A program made the position numbers and the translations under genes. From assembly GCA_044225365.1 (NCBI GenBank), contig JBGAIQ010000007.1, positions 1 to 64,000 on the forward strand: 64,000 nucleotides of DNA, read 5' to 3'. Source of the stretch: Planctomycetota bacterium (lineage in GTDB: Bacteria > Planctomycetota > B15-G4 > JADJEK01). Positions 39,049 to 50,311 of this stretch are shown here, in pieces; position 1 is the stretch's first letter, and every line of letters starts with the position of its first letter. The notes under the pieces were generated by a model. It ran no database searches, had not been told where the DNA came from, and was given only the letters and a program-made list of their open reading frames with translations.

Positions 39049-40062
39049 TCAGTTCTGGTGCGACTCGGGTTTCGTCGGCTCTTGGGATTTCGCATCCTTC
39101 GGGGCGGATGCTTCCGGCTTGGCTGCGGTCGGGTTCCTTCCGGCGAATACCTCGGCGTGGAACTCGAGAGAGAAGTCGACGTACTTCACGTAGTAGTCGC
39201 GCCCGTGATCTCCCGTACGCAGATGATACTCATGGGGGATCGACCGCTTGTCGAGTGCTTCGTGAAGGGCGCGGGCGCCGATGTCGAAGCCGAAGTCGTC
39301 GTTGTCTCCGCAATCGAAGTAGATCGCGAGGGACTTCAGCGCGTCCGCATCGCCTTCCTTCGCGACGTGGATCGGATTGTTCGCCTTCCACAGCGCGACG
39401 TCCGGTGGGTCGCCGAAGATCTGGCGGACCCGCTTGCCGAATCGCTTCATCCACTCGGGCGTCTGACTCGGGTCCTCGGGAAGCAGCGCCGCGGAATGGG
39501 CGCTGATCGAGCCGAAGACCTTGGGATTGCGGAAGCCGAGGTTGAGAGCGCCAAAGCCTCCCATCGAGTCGCCGGTGAGCCCGCGCTTGCTGCGGTCCGC
39601 GATCGTTCGGTACTTCTTGTCGATCGCTTCCACGAGGTCCTTCACGATGAAGGTCTCCCAGTCCGCGGAGCCGTCGGCCCACTTCATGTAGAACGAATTC
39701 TCGCCGTCAGGGCAAACGACGATCATCGGTTCGACCTTCTTCGATGCGATCAGCGCGTCGAGGTGCTTCGGCGTGCCGCGCTGCTCCCACTTGTGCTCGG
39801 ACCCGAACATGCCATGGAGGAAGTAGACCGCGGGGTAGCGCTTGGCCTGATCCGCGTCGTATCCCGCCGGCAGGTAGACGCCGACCGAGACCTGACGCTT
39901 CAGAGTGGGGGAATCGATCTGGACGTACTCGACCTTCGAGGTCGGTTCGGCGGCGGGCTGCGCCGCGGGCGCCTTCGTCGCAGGATCCTGTGCCCAGCTC
40001 GACGTCGCGAAACCAAGAAGGAGAAGACCGGTGAACCGAGGCAACGAACGCGTGAGCACCAT
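39049..40062 (-). CDS. Secreted alpha/beta-hydrolase, putative esterase family
   Basis: Signal peptide; YLPAGY, YFLHG, GDSMGG, DCGDND and GDH motifs. Confidence 0.9.
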   Translation of the reverse strand: MVLTRSLPRFTGLLLLGFATSSWAQDPATKAPAAQPAAEPTSKVEYVQIDSPTLKRQVSVGVYLPAGYDADQAKRYPAVYFLHGMFGSEHKWEQRGTPKHLDALIASKKVEPMIVVCPDGENSFYMKWADGSADWETFIVKDLVEAIDKKYRTIADRSKRGLTGDSMGGFGALNLGFRNPKVFGSISAHSAALLPEDPSQTPEWMKRFGKRVRQIFGDPPDVALWKANNPIHVAKEGDADALKSLAIYFDCGDNDDFGFDIGARALHEALDKRSIPHEYHLRTGDHGRDYYVKYVDFSLEFHAEVFAGRNPTAAKPEASAPKDAKSQEPTKPESHQN

Positions 40063-40154
40063 CGAACGCTCCGGGTGTTGGGAGGATCGTGGGGAATCCT
40101 AACAGCCTGTTCCTTTGCCGCCCATGAGGAACCGCCGGGCATCCGGTGGCCGCT

Positions 40155-42119
40155 TCAGAACGAATAGCGCGAGAGAACGTCGCGCAACTCGTTGCTCATC
40201 CTCGCCAACTCCTCGGTGGCCTGCTCGACCCCGACGATGCTCTCTCGGGCTCGCGACGTGCCAACTGCGACCACAGTGTTCGCCTTCGCCATCTCTCCGG
40301 CGCTCGTCGACACGGTGGTGATCGTGTTCGTCAGCTCCGAACTGTTCGCGGACTGCTCCTCGACGGCGCCCGCGATGGAACTCTGGAGGTCGCTGACCGT
40401 CCGGATCGAAAGCGCGATCTTGCCGATCGATTCGATCGCGGCGGAGGTCTCGTTCTGGATCGAGAGCACGCGTTGCGAGATCGTCTCCGTGGCCTTTCTG
40501 GTCTCCATCGCGAGTTCCTTCACCTCGGTCGCCACGACGGCGAAGCCCTTCCCCGTTTCGCCGGCGCGCGCCGCCTCGATCGTGGCGTTCAGCGCGAGGA
40601 GGTTCGTCTGCTCGGCGATGGTGGTGATGACTCTCACGACCTCGCCGATCGCCTTGCTGCTGTCGGCGAGCTGACGCATCGCGCGGTCCGTCGTGTTCGC
40701 GAGGTCCGAGGCCTCCGCCGCGCAACGGGCACCTTCCGAGGTGTTGCGACTGATGTCCGTCACGGCGGTACTCATCTCTTCGAGACTCTTCGCGGCGGTC
40801 TGAATGCTCGAATTCACCTGCTGCGACGCGGCCGCGACCTTCGTGGCCTCGGCCGAGGCGTCGTCCGATGTCTGACGGATCTCGCGCGATGCGGTCGCGA
40901 GTTCGGTCGCGGCACTAGCGAGGTGAACCGTGTTCTCCTGGATCGTGCGAAACGAGGTGCGCAGGGACTGCGTCGCCGCGCCGAGCGACCTCTTCATCTG
41001 CCCGATCTCGTCGTCCTGGTCGTAGTCTGCTTCCGCCGTGAAGTCCCCGGCCGCGACTCGATCGAGAACGGCGCACATGTTCACGATCGGTCGGGTGAAG
41101 CGACCGGCGACGAAGAACCCGAAGACCGTGGAGGCGATTGCCGCCGCGAGGCCGAGCGCCAGGATCCAGTTGCGCAATTCGCTCGCCGCGGCGACGGCTT
41201 GCGCCTCATCGACGGTAATGAGACAACGCCAATCGTAGCCTGGAAAGCCGAGAGCTCCGTCGGCCCGGGCGATTCCGCAGAGCGTCGGCACGTGGGACGT
41301 GGGATCTTCCGCGAGCAGATAGTGACCCGCGCCGGGTTTCAATCCGGTCGTGTACTCCAGGTTCGAACGAGCGTACGCGTCCGACCCGACGATGTGCCGA
41401 TCTTCGGCATCGAAGACCCGGTCCTTGGAGTCGACGAGAACGACCCGCGCGGATCCGAGGCCGCTTCTTCGAAGTGCTACTTCCGATTCCCGGGTGATCG
41501 CGTCGAGGATACGCGCAGGCGAGGCGCAGTTCATCCAGACCCGTTCGATCGCGCCCGAAGCTCCGAAGATCGGCGCCGCGAAGTGCAGAGTCGCGATGTC
41601 CGCCCGGCCGGCGGCCGCGAGAAGGGGTTCGTCTGCGATATCCGAGTAGTAGCTTGCGCCGGCGGTGATCTTCCCGGAACGAACGCTCTTGAACCACTCC
41701 GCGTCGGCGACCGAGCGGCCGACGAGCGATTGCGTGGGGAGGGGGTGGCCATCGGCGTCCACCGTGTTCGTACCGAGGATCTTGCCGTCGAGGTCGGCGA
41801 CGACGAGCAGATCGTAGACGACATAGGAGCGGCAGTAGAAGTTGGCGGCTTCCTCGATCGCCGCTGCGTCGCCACGCGCGTTTGGATGGAACGCGAAGGC
41901 CTGGACGTCGCCGAATCGCTCGAAGAGGTTCCGATCCGCCTTGTCGAGGATCTCGCTCGCTTCTCTTGCGAGGGAGTCACCCTGTTCGTCGATGAGCGAC
42001 GTGCGTGCGTGTTGCCACGCGATCGTGCCGAGGAGTCCGGACGTCACGATCGAGAGCGCGGCGATGGAAAATCCGAGGCGAACGCGAAGGCTCGAGGTCG
42101 TGGAAGAATGCGAGGCCAT
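40155..42119 (-). CDS. Methyl-accepting chemotaxis protein (Cache-like sensor, HAMP, signalling domain)
   Basis: Two transmembrane segments, DEIG HAMP and [30 protein letters not shown] hairpin. Confidence 0.95.
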   Translation of the reverse strand: MASHSSTTSSLRVRLGFSIAALSIVTSGLLGTIAWQHARTSLIDEQGDSLAREASEILDKADRNLFERFGDVQAFAFHPNARGDAAAIEEAANFYCRSYVVYDLLVVADLDGKILGTNTVDADGHPLPTQSLVGRSVADAEWFKSVRSGKITAGASYYSDIADEPLLAAAGRADIATLHFAAPIFGASGAIERVWMNCASPARILDAITRESEVALRRSGLGSARVVLVDSKDRVFDAEDRHIVGSDAYARSNLEYTTGLKPGAGHYLLAEDPTSHVPTLCGIARADGALGFPGYDWRCLITVDEAQAVAAASELRNWILALGLAAAIASTVFGFFVAGRFTRPIVNMCAVLDRVAAGDFTAEADYDQDDEIGQMKRSLGAATQSLRTSFRTIQENTVHLASAATELATASREIRQTSDDASAEATKVAAASQQVNSSIQTAAKSLEEMSTAVTDISRNTSEGARCAAEASDLANTTDRAMRQLADSSKAIGEVVRVITTIAEQTNLLALNATIEAARAGETGKGFAVVATEVKELAMETRKATETISQRVLSIQNETSAAIESIGKIALSIRTVSDLQSSIAGAVEEQSANSSELTNTITTVSTSAGEMAKANTVVAVGTSRARESIVGVEQATEELARMSNELRDVLSRYSF

Positions 42120-42480
42120 GGCGGTTCCCAACTCGTAGGAGTGCGAACTCCGTTCGCGATTCGCACTCGCGTCACGGATGTGAATCCAATTTCCATTCCC
42201 GCTCCGAATCGGAAATCGGAACGTGACCCATCCTCGTTCATCGTCCGGGGATCCCGGACCGCTTGAGGTGATGCGCAGAATGTCGCAGCTCGACGCTTTG
42301 ACGGCTGCGAAGGGCCGCGAAGGGGCTCCATCCCGGATTCCGACGCGCGGGTCGATCGTGCGTTCCCCGCCGATCTGACGATCGAAACGAGCTCGAGGTG
42401 CGATAAACTCTTCGGTCTTTGTCATGGGGTAGCCGATGCAGTGCGATCGGAACCCCACGAAGCCCGTTCGAGAATTGCCG

Positions 42481-43047
42481 ATGAGGATCGTGTTCATGGG
42501 ACCGCCGGGTGCCGGTAAGGGCACTCAGGCGGCCAAAGTGTCGCAAACGCTCGAGATCCCGCACATCTCGACTGGAGAGATGCTGCGTACCGCCATTCGC
42601 GAGGACACGCCCCTCGGACGGAGTGTGAAGGACTTCCTCGATCAAGGGCATCTGGTCACGGACGAAGTCATGAATTCGGTGGTGGCCGATCGCCTCCGAC
42701 GGGACGACTGCAAGCGCGGGTTCCTGCTCGACGGCTACCCGCGAACCCTGCCGCAAGTAAGAGCCCTGGACGAACTCCTTGCCAGGCTGAAGTCCCCGCT
42801 AACCGTGGTGCTTGCTCTCGAAGTCGACGCGGACCACCTCATCGAGCGACTCGTGAAGCGCGGTAAGGAGCAAGGACGAAGCGACGACACCGAGGAAGTG
42901 ATTCGCGAACGCCAACGCGTTTATCGATCCGACACCCAGCCCTTGATCGATTACTACGCGAAGAGCGGAATCCTGCGGCGTGTGGACGGACTGGGCTCGA
43001 TCGACGAGGTCTTCGGACGAATCGTGGCCGCCTGCAAGTTGCGCTGA
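42481..43047 (+). CDS. adk: Adenylate kinase (short, LID-less type)
   Basis: [29 protein letters not shown] and GRSDD motifs. Confidence 0.97.
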   Translation: MRIVFMGPPGAGKGTQAAKVSQTLEIPHISTGEMLRTAIREDTPLGRSVKDFLDQGHLVTDEVMNSVVADRLRRDDCKRGFLLDGYPRTLPQVRALDELLARLKSPLTVVLALEVDADHLIERLVKRGKEQGRSDDTEEVIRERQRVYRSDTQPLIDYYAKSGILRRVDGLGSIDEVFGRIVAACKLR

Positions 43048-43064
43048 CGAGGCCGACTCACGAC

Positions 43065-43094
43065 TTGCGATCCCATGTTCCTGTCTGGTAAGCT
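43065..43094 (+). promoter_or_regulatory. Candidate sigma70 promoter for rpmB (TTGCGA-N18-TAAGCT, extended TG)
   Basis: Motif read directly, about 40 nt upstream of rpmB. Confidence 0.35.
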
Positions 43095-43134
43095 GCTCCG
43101 TTTTCGTCCCGCCTCGAATTGACGAGAGTGTTCC

Positions 43135-43455
43135 ATGTCTCGAGTTTGCCCGATCACCGGAAGTCGTACTCGCTTCGGCAAGAAGATCGCGCGCCGCGGC
43201 CTCGCCAAGAGCAAGGGCGGCGTCGGCATCAAGACGACGGGCATCACCCCGCGTACCTTTCAGCCGAACCTCAAGACGAAGCGAATCTTCGTCCCCGAGT
43301 TGAATCGCTTCGTTCGCGTGCGCATCTCCGCCCACGCGATGAAGACGATCCACAAGAAGGGCCCGTATCGAGTGTTCCTCGACGCGGGAATCGTGAAGCC
43401 GAACAAGCCCCGAGTGAATCGGAAGAACGCCGCGAAGGCCGACGCCAAGAACTGA
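43135..43455 (+). CDS. rpmB: 50S ribosomal protein L28
   Basis: MSRVCPITG..RRGLAKSKGGVGIKTTG..RTFQPNL..K.I.KKG; PVC-type insertion, no CxxC, basic C-terminal tail. Confidence 0.95.
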   Translation: MSRVCPITGSRTRFGKKIARRGLAKSKGGVGIKTTGITPRTFQPNLKTKRIFVPELNRFVRVRISAHAMKTIHKKGPYRVFLDAGIVKPNKPRVNRKNAAKADAKN

Positions 43456-43551
43456 GGATTCGCGAGCGAATGTGACCCGGCCTCTCGTCGCCGCCCGTCG
43501 GCCCGAGAGGCCGCGGCGTTTTCACGGGGCTGCTTTCCCGCTCCTGACGAA

Positions 43552-44289
43552 TCAGAACTTGACCCGTCGCATGACGAACCGGGGCAGGTACGAAATGATC
43601 GTCATGACGAACCACCACGCCGCGGGGGCGTAAACGACGGGCTTTCCCGAATCGATGGCGGCGAGTACGCGAGCGGCAACCGGTTCGGGCTCTCCAGCAA
43701 AGGGCGGGGGTTTCATCCCGTCGGTCATCGCCGTCTTCACGAATCCCGGCTTCACGCAAATCGTCTTCAGGCCGAGCGCGCGAAATCGAAAGTCGAGGGA
43801 CTCGAGGTAGTGGGAGAGTCCGGCCTTCGTCGCGCCGTAGATCGCCACGGGCTTGCGCCCCCGATCGCCGGCCACCGACGAGAAGACGCAGAGAGTGCCT
43901 CCACCCTGCTTCAGGAGACGCTTTCGCGCACTCTCGCAGAACAGGATCGTGTTCGTGAAGTCGACGAGCATCAAGGATCTCGCGAGTTCGGGATCCGCCT
44001 CCAGGTCTTCCTGCTTCGCGTAGACGCCGGCCGTGACGACGACGGTGTCGAAACCGGTTAGCGCCGCGTGGGCGCGATCGAGTGCGGCCTCGAATCCTTC
44101 GGGCTCGAGCAGATCCGCGTTCGCGTGTCCCACGACCGCCCCGGGCCGCCGTACCGAGAGGTCGGCTGCGGTCCGTTCGAGTTCTCGAGTATTGCGGCCG
44201 AGCAGGAAGAGGGAGTCGCCGCGCTCCGCCATGAGTCGTGCGAGCGCGCGACCCATTCCGCGAGTGGCGCCGAGGAACACGACCTTCAA
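43552..44289 (-). CDS. SDR oxidoreductase, DprE2-like
   Basis: LGATRGMG, FSSVAGDRGR, YGATKAG and KPGFVKT motifs. TTG start overlaps the upstream TGA. Confidence 0.88.
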   Translation of the reverse strand: MKVVFLGATRGMGRALARLMAERGDSLFLLGRNTRELERTAADLSVRRPGAVVGHANADLLEPEGFEAALDRAHAALTGFDTVVVTAGVYAKQEDLEADPELARSLMLVDFTNTILFCESARKRLLKQGGGTLCVFSSVAGDRGRKPVAIYGATKAGLSHYLESLDFRFRALGLKTICVKPGFVKTAMTDGMKPPPFAGEPEPVAARVLAAIDSGKPVVYAPAAWWFVMTIISYLPRFVMRRVKF

Positions 44290-45629
44290 GGTGGATCTCC
44301 GAGGATTCGAACGGACTGCGCGCTCTTCAGACGAAGAGTCGGATCCCACTTTCTACGGATCGCGAGGAACTGGTCAATACGTGGTTCCATGCGACGGAAG
44401 TCCGCGGCGCGAGTGAACTGGTCCTTCGCGAGATAGATCCGTCCGCCTTCGCGAATCACGAGTTCGTTGAGGGCGTCGACGAGACTCTGGGTGTCGTTGC
44501 GAATCGCGATGTCGAGCGCGATCGAGATCCCGCGCAGCGGGAACGAGATGAGCCCTTCACCTTGTGGACCCGAGTCCTTGATGACGCAAAGAAACGACGC
44601 GCCACCACGCGAGGTGAGGAGTTCGAGGAAGCGACGAGCGGCGTTCGTCCCCGCGCTCTCGGGCATCACACACTGGTATTGCGTGAACCCCCTCGGTCCG
44701 TAGAGCCGATTCCAATTCCGGATCTTGTCGAGCGGATAGAAGAAGTCCTCGGGATGCTGGATCCCGCGATGGGTGCCGTCGGCATACAACGCGTAGTTCA
44801 CTTCGTTGAACGTTCGAACGACGGGCTCGGACAGCAGCCAGCTCGGGCAGACGAAGGGTACGCCGACGCGCCGCTTCCACGGCGGATCCACGCGAGGAGC
44901 CTCGTCCTCGTGAGCGAATCGACCGCGCATGATCACCCCGCGGCCGAGGGACGCACCCCGCGACAGGCAGTCGATCCAGCCCACGGTATAGGGCCAGGCT
45001 GCGGCGGCTTCCTTGAGGGCGACGATGTACTCGTCGATGTCCCTCACCTGCTCACTCTCTTGGAAGATCCAGGGACTCGGGATCCGCTTCATCCGGAATT
45101 CGACCTCGAGGATGTGGCCCGTGAGGCCCATTCCGCCGATCGTCGCGAAGAACAGATCGGAGTGTTCGAAAGGCGTGCACTCGACGATCCCGCCGTCCGC
45201 GACCCGGATACGAATTCGCGTCACGTGCCGACCGAAGCAACCTTCGATGTGGTGGTTCTTCCCGTGAACGTCGGCGGCGACCATGCCGCCAAGAGTCACG
45301 TACTGGGTACCCGGCGAGACCGGCGTGAACCAGCGACGCGGTAGGAAGACGCGATTCAGTTCGAGGAGTGAGATTCCAGCTTCGACGCGCAAGAGCCCCG
45401 TCGATTCGTCGAATGCAAGGAGACGGTCCGCGAGCGGACTCGCGATGACCTCGCGCTGGGACGGGGCAGGCAAGGAGGCGTCGCCATACGATCGACCGAG
45501 GCCGCGAGTGAGGGTGGCACCCAGCGTGGCGCGTTCCAAGTCCTCGTCACGCCGCTCGCGACCCTGCACCGGAACGCATCCCCAGCCGGCGATCCATTCG
45601 GTGGGGGCAGTATCGGGGGTGGCGGGCAT
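44286..45629 (-). CDS. FAD-binding oxidoreductase, DprE1-like (decaprenylphosphoryl-ribose oxidase)
   Basis: GLGRSYGDA, PGTQYVTLGG..ADVHGKNHH, GGMGLTG, FFYPLD..WNRLYG..GF.QYQ and YLAKD motifs. Confidence 0.92.
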   Translation of the reverse strand: MPATPDTAPTEWIAGWGCVPVQGRERRDEDLERATLGATLTRGLGRSYGDASLPAPSQREVIASPLADRLLAFDESTGLLRVEAGISLLELNRVFLPRRWFTPVSPGTQYVTLGGMVAADVHGKNHHIEGCFGRHVTRIRIRVADGGIVECTPFEHSDLFFATIGGMGLTGHILEVEFRMKRIPSPWIFQESEQVRDIDEYIVALKEAAAAWPYTVGWIDCLSRGASLGRGVIMRGRFAHEDEAPRVDPPWKRRVGVPFVCPSWLLSEPVVRTFNEVNYALYADGTHRGIQHPEDFFYPLDKIRNWNRLYGPRGFTQYQCVMPESAGTNAARRFLELLTSRGGASFLCVIKDSGPQGEGLISFPLRGISIALDIAIRNDTQSLVDALNELVIREGGRIYLAKDQFTRAADFRRMEPRIDQFLAIRRKWDPTLRLKSAQSVRILGDPP

Positions 45630-45893
45630 CGGGTTCAAGCCGTACGGAGGGCGAGGGGTGAGCCGGGAATCGACCAGTCTAGACGACCGTTCACGATTCC
45701 GCAGGACCCGCGGCTGGCCGCGGAGCGTGGGGGATGCCGAATCGTGAAGAGCCACTTGGCGAGCCCACGTTCTTCGGAATTGGAACGTGGGTTTCAAGAG
45801 GTGACCTTGGAAAAGACCCGAACCGAGCGCCTTGGGGTCCCGCCAGGAATGGAACGTACCAGGCTCGTCGAATGGAAGATGCAGTCACTGGCC

Positions 45894-45919
45894 TAAAGCC
45901 CGGACGCCCGAACCGACGA
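45894..45919 (+). promoter_or_regulatory. Candidate sigma28-type promoter for the che operon (TAAA-N14-ACCGACGA)
   Basis: Partial match to the sigma28 consensus, about 60 nt upstream of cheA. Confidence 0.3.
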
Positions 45920-45978
45920 AATCGATCGCTACGCACTCGGAGTCGGTCAGGATCGAGAGTGCAGGAGTGTGGTGGCGA

Positions 45979-48309
45979 ATGGACGACATCCTGCGGGAAT
46001 TCCTCGTTGAGAGCAACGAGAGCCTGGATCGGCTCGACCGTGATCTCCTCTCGCTCGAAGAGCGGCCGGACGATCCTTCGACGATCTCGAGCATCTTCCG
46101 AACGATTCACACCATCAAGGGAACGTCGGGATTCCTGGCGTTCAAGAAACTCGAAGGCCTTGCTCACGTCGCAGAGAGTCTGCTCTCGCTGCTGCGCGAT
46201 CGAGCTCTATCGATCAACGCCGAGATCACCAGCGCGCTGCTCTCGACGAACGACGCCGTCCGATCGATGCTCGGTTCGATCGAGAAGAGCGGTACGGACG
46301 GAGAGGAGTGCTACCGCGAGCTGATCGATCGGCTCGCCTTGCTGCAGGGCTCGGGGCAGAAGAGTGTCTCCAAGCCCGAAGTGACTGCGGCAGCCACCCC
46401 CGCGCCCCCCGCGCAAGCTCCGGTCGAAACGCCCGTGACGCCTCCTGTCGTTGCGGCCGCGTCTTCGACTCCATCAGGAAAGGCCGATGTCGCGTGCGTC
46501 GATTCGGCTCATCCACCCGCCGCGAATCCGCATCCCGAACTCCCGGCCGAGAACCATCCCGAAAGCGGTAACGCCTCTCAGGGTGGCAAACTCGCCGAGA
46601 CGAGCATTCGCGTCGACGTCGAACTGCTCGAACGACTCATGAATCTCGTCGGTGAGCTCGTGCTCGCTCGCAATCAGATCCTGCAGTTCGCGAATCAATT
46701 CGACGATGCAGGCCTTGGTCAGACCTCGCAGCGCTTGAACCTCGTCACGACCGAGCTGCAAGAAGGCGTGATGAAGACGCGCATGCAGCCGATCGGAAAC
46801 GTTTGGAGCAAGTTTCCGCGCGTGGTGCGGGACCTCGCCCTCGCTTGCAAGAAGAAGGTCCGGATCGAGATGGAGGGCAAGGAGACCGAGCTCGATCGCT
46901 CTCTCCTCGAAGCCATCAAGGATCCCCTGACCCACATCGTGCGCAACTCGATCGACCACGGCATCGAATTGCCGGCGGTCCGTGCAGCGGCGGGCAAGAA
47001 CGAGGAGGGCGTGTTGCGACTTCGCGCCTACCACGAGGGCGGGCAAGTCAACATCGAGATCAGTGATGACGGCAATGGCATCGACCTCGATCGCGTGAAG
47101 GCGAAGGCGGTCCAGCAGAATCTGATCACGGCCGAACAGGCCGCAAAGATGAGCGATCGCGAGACGATTGCCCTCATCTTCCGACCGGGCTTCTCGACTG
47201 CAGCGGCTGTGACCAACATCAGTGGCCGGGGCGTCGGGATGGATGTCGTCAAATCGAACATCGAGAAGATCGGCGGGAACGTGGAGATCCAGAGCCGTCT
47301 CGGCGAAGGGACCACTCTCCGCATCAAGATCCCGCTCACGCTCGCGATCATTCCAGCGCTCACGGTGATGTGCGGTGGCGATCGCTTCGCGATCCCGCAA
47401 GTCAGTCTGCTCGAACTCGTGCGACTCGAATGCGACGACGCGAAAAAGGGCATCGAGAATCTCCACGGCAGTCTCGTCCACCGTCTGCGCGGCCGCTTGC
47501 TCCCGCTCGTCTTCCTGTCGGACGAACTCGGCCTCACGGCCGGCCGCTCGCCGCGCGAAGTCATCGAGTCGATCGGGGAATTCGTGAACATCGTCGTCCT
47601 CCAGGCCGAGGGTCGACCCTTCGGACTCGTCGTCGACCGGATCCAGGACACCGAGGAGATCGTGGTGAAGCCGCTCGGCAAGCACCTCAAGTCCCTCCCG
47701 GCGTTCGCGGGTACGACGATCATGGGGGACGGCAGCGTCGCCCTGATCCTGGATGTCCGGGGGATCGCCACCTCGGCGCGCATCATCGGTGAGGACGTCG
47801 AAGCGATCGAGAATCGGGAGGCCAAGACCGCGCAGCACAACGACGCGGAACGTCGCACCCTGTTGCTGTTCCAGATCGGTGTATCGGGACGAATGGCGGT
47901 TCCGCTCGCGGACGTGTCGCGACTCGAAGAATTCAAGGCCGCCGACATCGAGCAGGCCGGTGCGCTGCAAGTGATCCAGTACCGCGGCGACATCATGCCA
48001 CTCGTCGAAGTGGCCTCGATCGTTCCCTCTCACTCCGCGGAGTACAACGCGAACGGCGACGACTCGGCGAAGGAGATCGTCCAGGCGATCGTCCACACCT
48101 CGAACGGACGCACCGTGGGGCTCGTGGTCTCGCGAATCCTCGACATCGTCGACGAAGAGGTCGCGTCGCGGCGCGAAGCGACTCGCGATGGTGTGAAGGA
48201 GACCGTCGTGGTGCAGGGGAAGGTGACCGAAGTGCTCGATATCCGATACGTGCTGGACAGCATCGATTCGATGTTGAACCACACCAATTCCATGGCGGCG
48301 AGGAGCTGA
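45979..48309 (+). CDS. cheA: Chemotaxis histidine kinase with two CheW-like domains
   Basis: FRTIHTIKG HPt, NLVGELVLARN, HIVRNSIDHGIE and SGRGVGMDVV; extra C-terminal CheW domain. Confidence 0.97.
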   Translation: MDDILREFLVESNESLDRLDRDLLSLEERPDDPSTISSIFRTIHTIKGTSGFLAFKKLEGLAHVAESLLSLLRDRALSINAEITSALLSTNDAVRSMLGSIEKSGTDGEECYRELIDRLALLQGSGQKSVSKPEVTAAATPAPPAQAPVETPVTPPVVAAASSTPSGKADVACVDSAHPPAANPHPELPAENHPESGNASQGGKLAETSIRVDVELLERLMNLVGELVLARNQILQFANQFDDAGLGQTSQRLNLVTTELQEGVMKTRMQPIGNVWSKFPRVVRDLALACKKKVRIEMEGKETELDRSLLEAIKDPLTHIVRNSIDHGIELPAVRAAAGKNEEGVLRLRAYHEGGQVNIEISDDGNGIDLDRVKAKAVQQNLITAEQAAKMSDRETIALIFRPGFSTAAAVTNISGRGVGMDVVKSNIEKIGGNVEIQSRLGEGTTLRIKIPLTLAIIPALTVMCGGDRFAIPQVSLLELVRLECDDAKKGIENLHGSLVHRLRGRLLPLVFLSDELGLTAGRSPREVIESIGEFVNIVVLQAEGRPFGLVVDRIQDTEEIVVKPLGKHLKSLPAFAGTTIMGDGSVALILDVRGIATSARIIGEDVEAIENREAKTAQHNDAERRTLLLFQIGVSGRMAVPLADVSRLEEFKAADIEQAGALQVIQYRGDIMPLVEVASIVPSHSAEYNANGDDSAKEIVQAIVHTSNGRTVGLVVSRILDIVDEEVASRREATRDGVKETVVVQGKVTEVLDIRYVLDSIDSMLNHTNSMAARS

Positions 48310-48312
48310 ACC

Positions 48313-48771
48313 ATGATCGATGGCATCCAGTACTGCACGTTCTTCGCCGACGGCCTGTGCTTCGGACTCGACGTCCGAGAGGTGCAGGAGGTCATTCGCT
48401 ACCAGTCGATGACGCGAGTGCCGCTCGCGAGCGACATGGTGCGTGGGCTCATCAATCTCCGAGGACAGATCGTGACTGCGATCGATCTGCGCCGGCGCCT
48501 CGGTTGTCCGCCACGCGACGGCGAACAGAAGCCCATGAACGTGATCGTGCGAACGACGGACGGGCCGATCAGCTTGCTCGTCGACGAGATCGGCGACGTG
48601 ATCGAGGTCGACCCCTCTCAGTTCGAAGCCCCCCCCGAGCGTCTGTCCGGGCTGGCGCGCGACGTCGTGACGGGTGTCTACAAACTCGCCGATCGACTCC
48701 TGCTCGTTCTCGATGCCAAGAAGGCGATCGAGATGCCGCACGCGACGATCGCCGCGGGGACGCATGCATGA
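48313..48771 (+). CDS. cheW: Chemotaxis adaptor
   Basis: VQEVI..TRVPLA..GLINLRGQIVTAIDLR motif. Confidence 0.95.
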   Translation: MIDGIQYCTFFADGLCFGLDVREVQEVIRYQSMTRVPLASDMVRGLINLRGQIVTAIDLRRRLGCPPRDGEQKPMNVIVRTTDGPISLLVDEIGDVIEVDPSQFEAPPERLSGLARDVVTGVYKLADRLLLVLDAKKAIEMPHATIAAGTHA

Positions 48772-48820
48772 TTGCGACGCGGCGAACACGTCGGGATCGA
48801 GTTACGCAGGAGGGATCTTC

Positions 48821-49195
48821 ATGCGCGCCCTGATCGTGGATGACTCACGTGCCATTCGCACGGTTCTATCTCGCTACATGTCGGAACTCGGCCTCGAGAT
48901 CGCGGAAGCGGGCGAACACGAACAGGCCCTTGCGGCGATGAAGCGGTACTCCGATATCGCGGTCGTACTCCTCGACTGGAATCTGCCGGGGAAGAGCGGC
49001 TTCGAGATCCTCACCGACATCCGCAGCAATGCAGCGTGGAATTCGATCCCCATCATCATGTGCACGACCGAAACCGAGATGAACCAGGTCTCGAGAGCCC
49101 TCGAGGCCGGTGCGAACGAGTACGTGATGAAGCCATTCTCACGACTCGTGATCATGGAGAAGCTCGGCCTCGTGGGACTCACCAGGGAAGGATGA
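48821..49195 (+). CDS. cheY: CheY-like single-domain response regulator
   Basis: IVDDS, DWNLP, GANEYVMKPF; AGGAGG RBS. Confidence 0.9.
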   Translation: MRALIVDDSRAIRTVLSRYMSELGLEIAEAGEHEQALAAMKRYSDIAVVLLDWNLPGKSGFEILTDIRSNAAWNSIPIIMCTTETEMNQVSRALEAGANEYVMKPFSRLVIMEKLGLVGLTREG

Positions 49196-49199
49196 TTCG

Positions 49200-50306
49200 A
49201 TGCCCAAGTCACGAATTCTCGTCGTCGACGATTCGGCCGTCTTTCGGCGTGCGCTGAGCGATGCTTTCGCCGCGGACCCGGACCTCGAGGTCGTCGGAAC
49301 CGCGAGCAATGGTCAGCTCGCGCTCGAGGCGATCTCTCGGCTGAAGCCGGATCTCGTCACGCTCGACGTCGAGATGCCCGTGATGGACGGACTGCAGACG
49401 GTTTCCGAGATCCGGAAGAAGGAACGGCGGTTGCCGATCCTGATGTTCTCGACACTCACGAGTTCGGGCGCCGGCGCGACGCTCGAAGCGCTGAACCGCG
49501 GAGCCTCCGACTATTGCTGCAAACCGACGGGTGGAATCGGGGTTGCCCAGGACCAACTGAAGCGGGAGCTTCTCCCGAAGGTCCGTGCGCTGCTGCGACT
49601 CGATCGAATCGGGAGCGCGAAGATCGCGCCCGTGAAGAAGTTCGTCCCTCCGGCGATGCCGGCTTCCCGCGGGGACACTCCGAAACGAGTCGATTTGATC
49701 GCGATCGGCTGCTCGACGGGCGGACCGAATGCACTCGCGAACGTCTTGCCCCTCCTGCCTGCGGATCTGCCGTGTCCGGTCGTCGTCGTCCAGCACATGC
49801 CGCCGGTATTCACTCGGCTGCTTGCCGAGCGACTCGATTCGACGTCGAAGGTCAAGATCGAGGAGGCAGCCCACGGATCGGTCTTGGAGCCTGGAAAGGT
49901 GCTCATCGCTCCGGGCGATCATCACATGGTGCTCGAGCGCTCCGGCACGACGACTCGCGTTCGATTGAATCAAGACGCTCCGGAGAACTTCTGCAGGCCC
50001 GCCGTCGACCCGCTCTTCCGGTCGGTCGCGTCGATCTATGGCGGCTCGGTCCTCGCCGTGATCTTGACCGGGATGGGTCGGGATGGAACGAAAGGCTGTG
50101 AAGACATCCGTCGCACCGGTGGATACGTGATCGGACAGGACGAAGCCACTTCGGTCGTTTGGGGCATGCCCGGGTCGATCGTGGAGAAGGGACTCGCCAA
50201 CGAAGTCCTGCCCCTCGAGCGGATCGCGGGTGAAATCGCGAAGTGGGCCCAGCGCGGACGTGTCGGCAACTCGGCGGGCGTCGATCGCCGGCCTGCGTCG
50301 AGGTGA
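49200..50306 (+). CDS. cheB: Chemotaxis methylesterase
   Basis: Receiver domain plus GCSTGGP, VQHMP and LTGMGRDG motifs. Confidence 0.97.
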   Translation: MPKSRILVVDDSAVFRRALSDAFAADPDLEVVGTASNGQLALEAISRLKPDLVTLDVEMPVMDGLQTVSEIRKKERRLPILMFSTLTSSGAGATLEALNRGASDYCCKPTGGIGVAQDQLKRELLPKVRALLRLDRIGSAKIAPVKKFVPPAMPASRGDTPKRVDLIAIGCSTGGPNALANVLPLLPADLPCPVVVVQHMPPVFTRLLAERLDSTSKVKIEEAAHGSVLEPGKVLIAPGDHHMVLERSGTTTRVRLNQDAPENFCRPAVDPLFRSVASIYGGSVLAVILTGMGRDGTKGCEDIRRTGGYVIGQDEATSVVWGMPGSIVEKGLANEVLPLERIAGEIAKWAQRGRVGNSAGVDRRPASR

Positions 50307-50311
50307 CCTCC

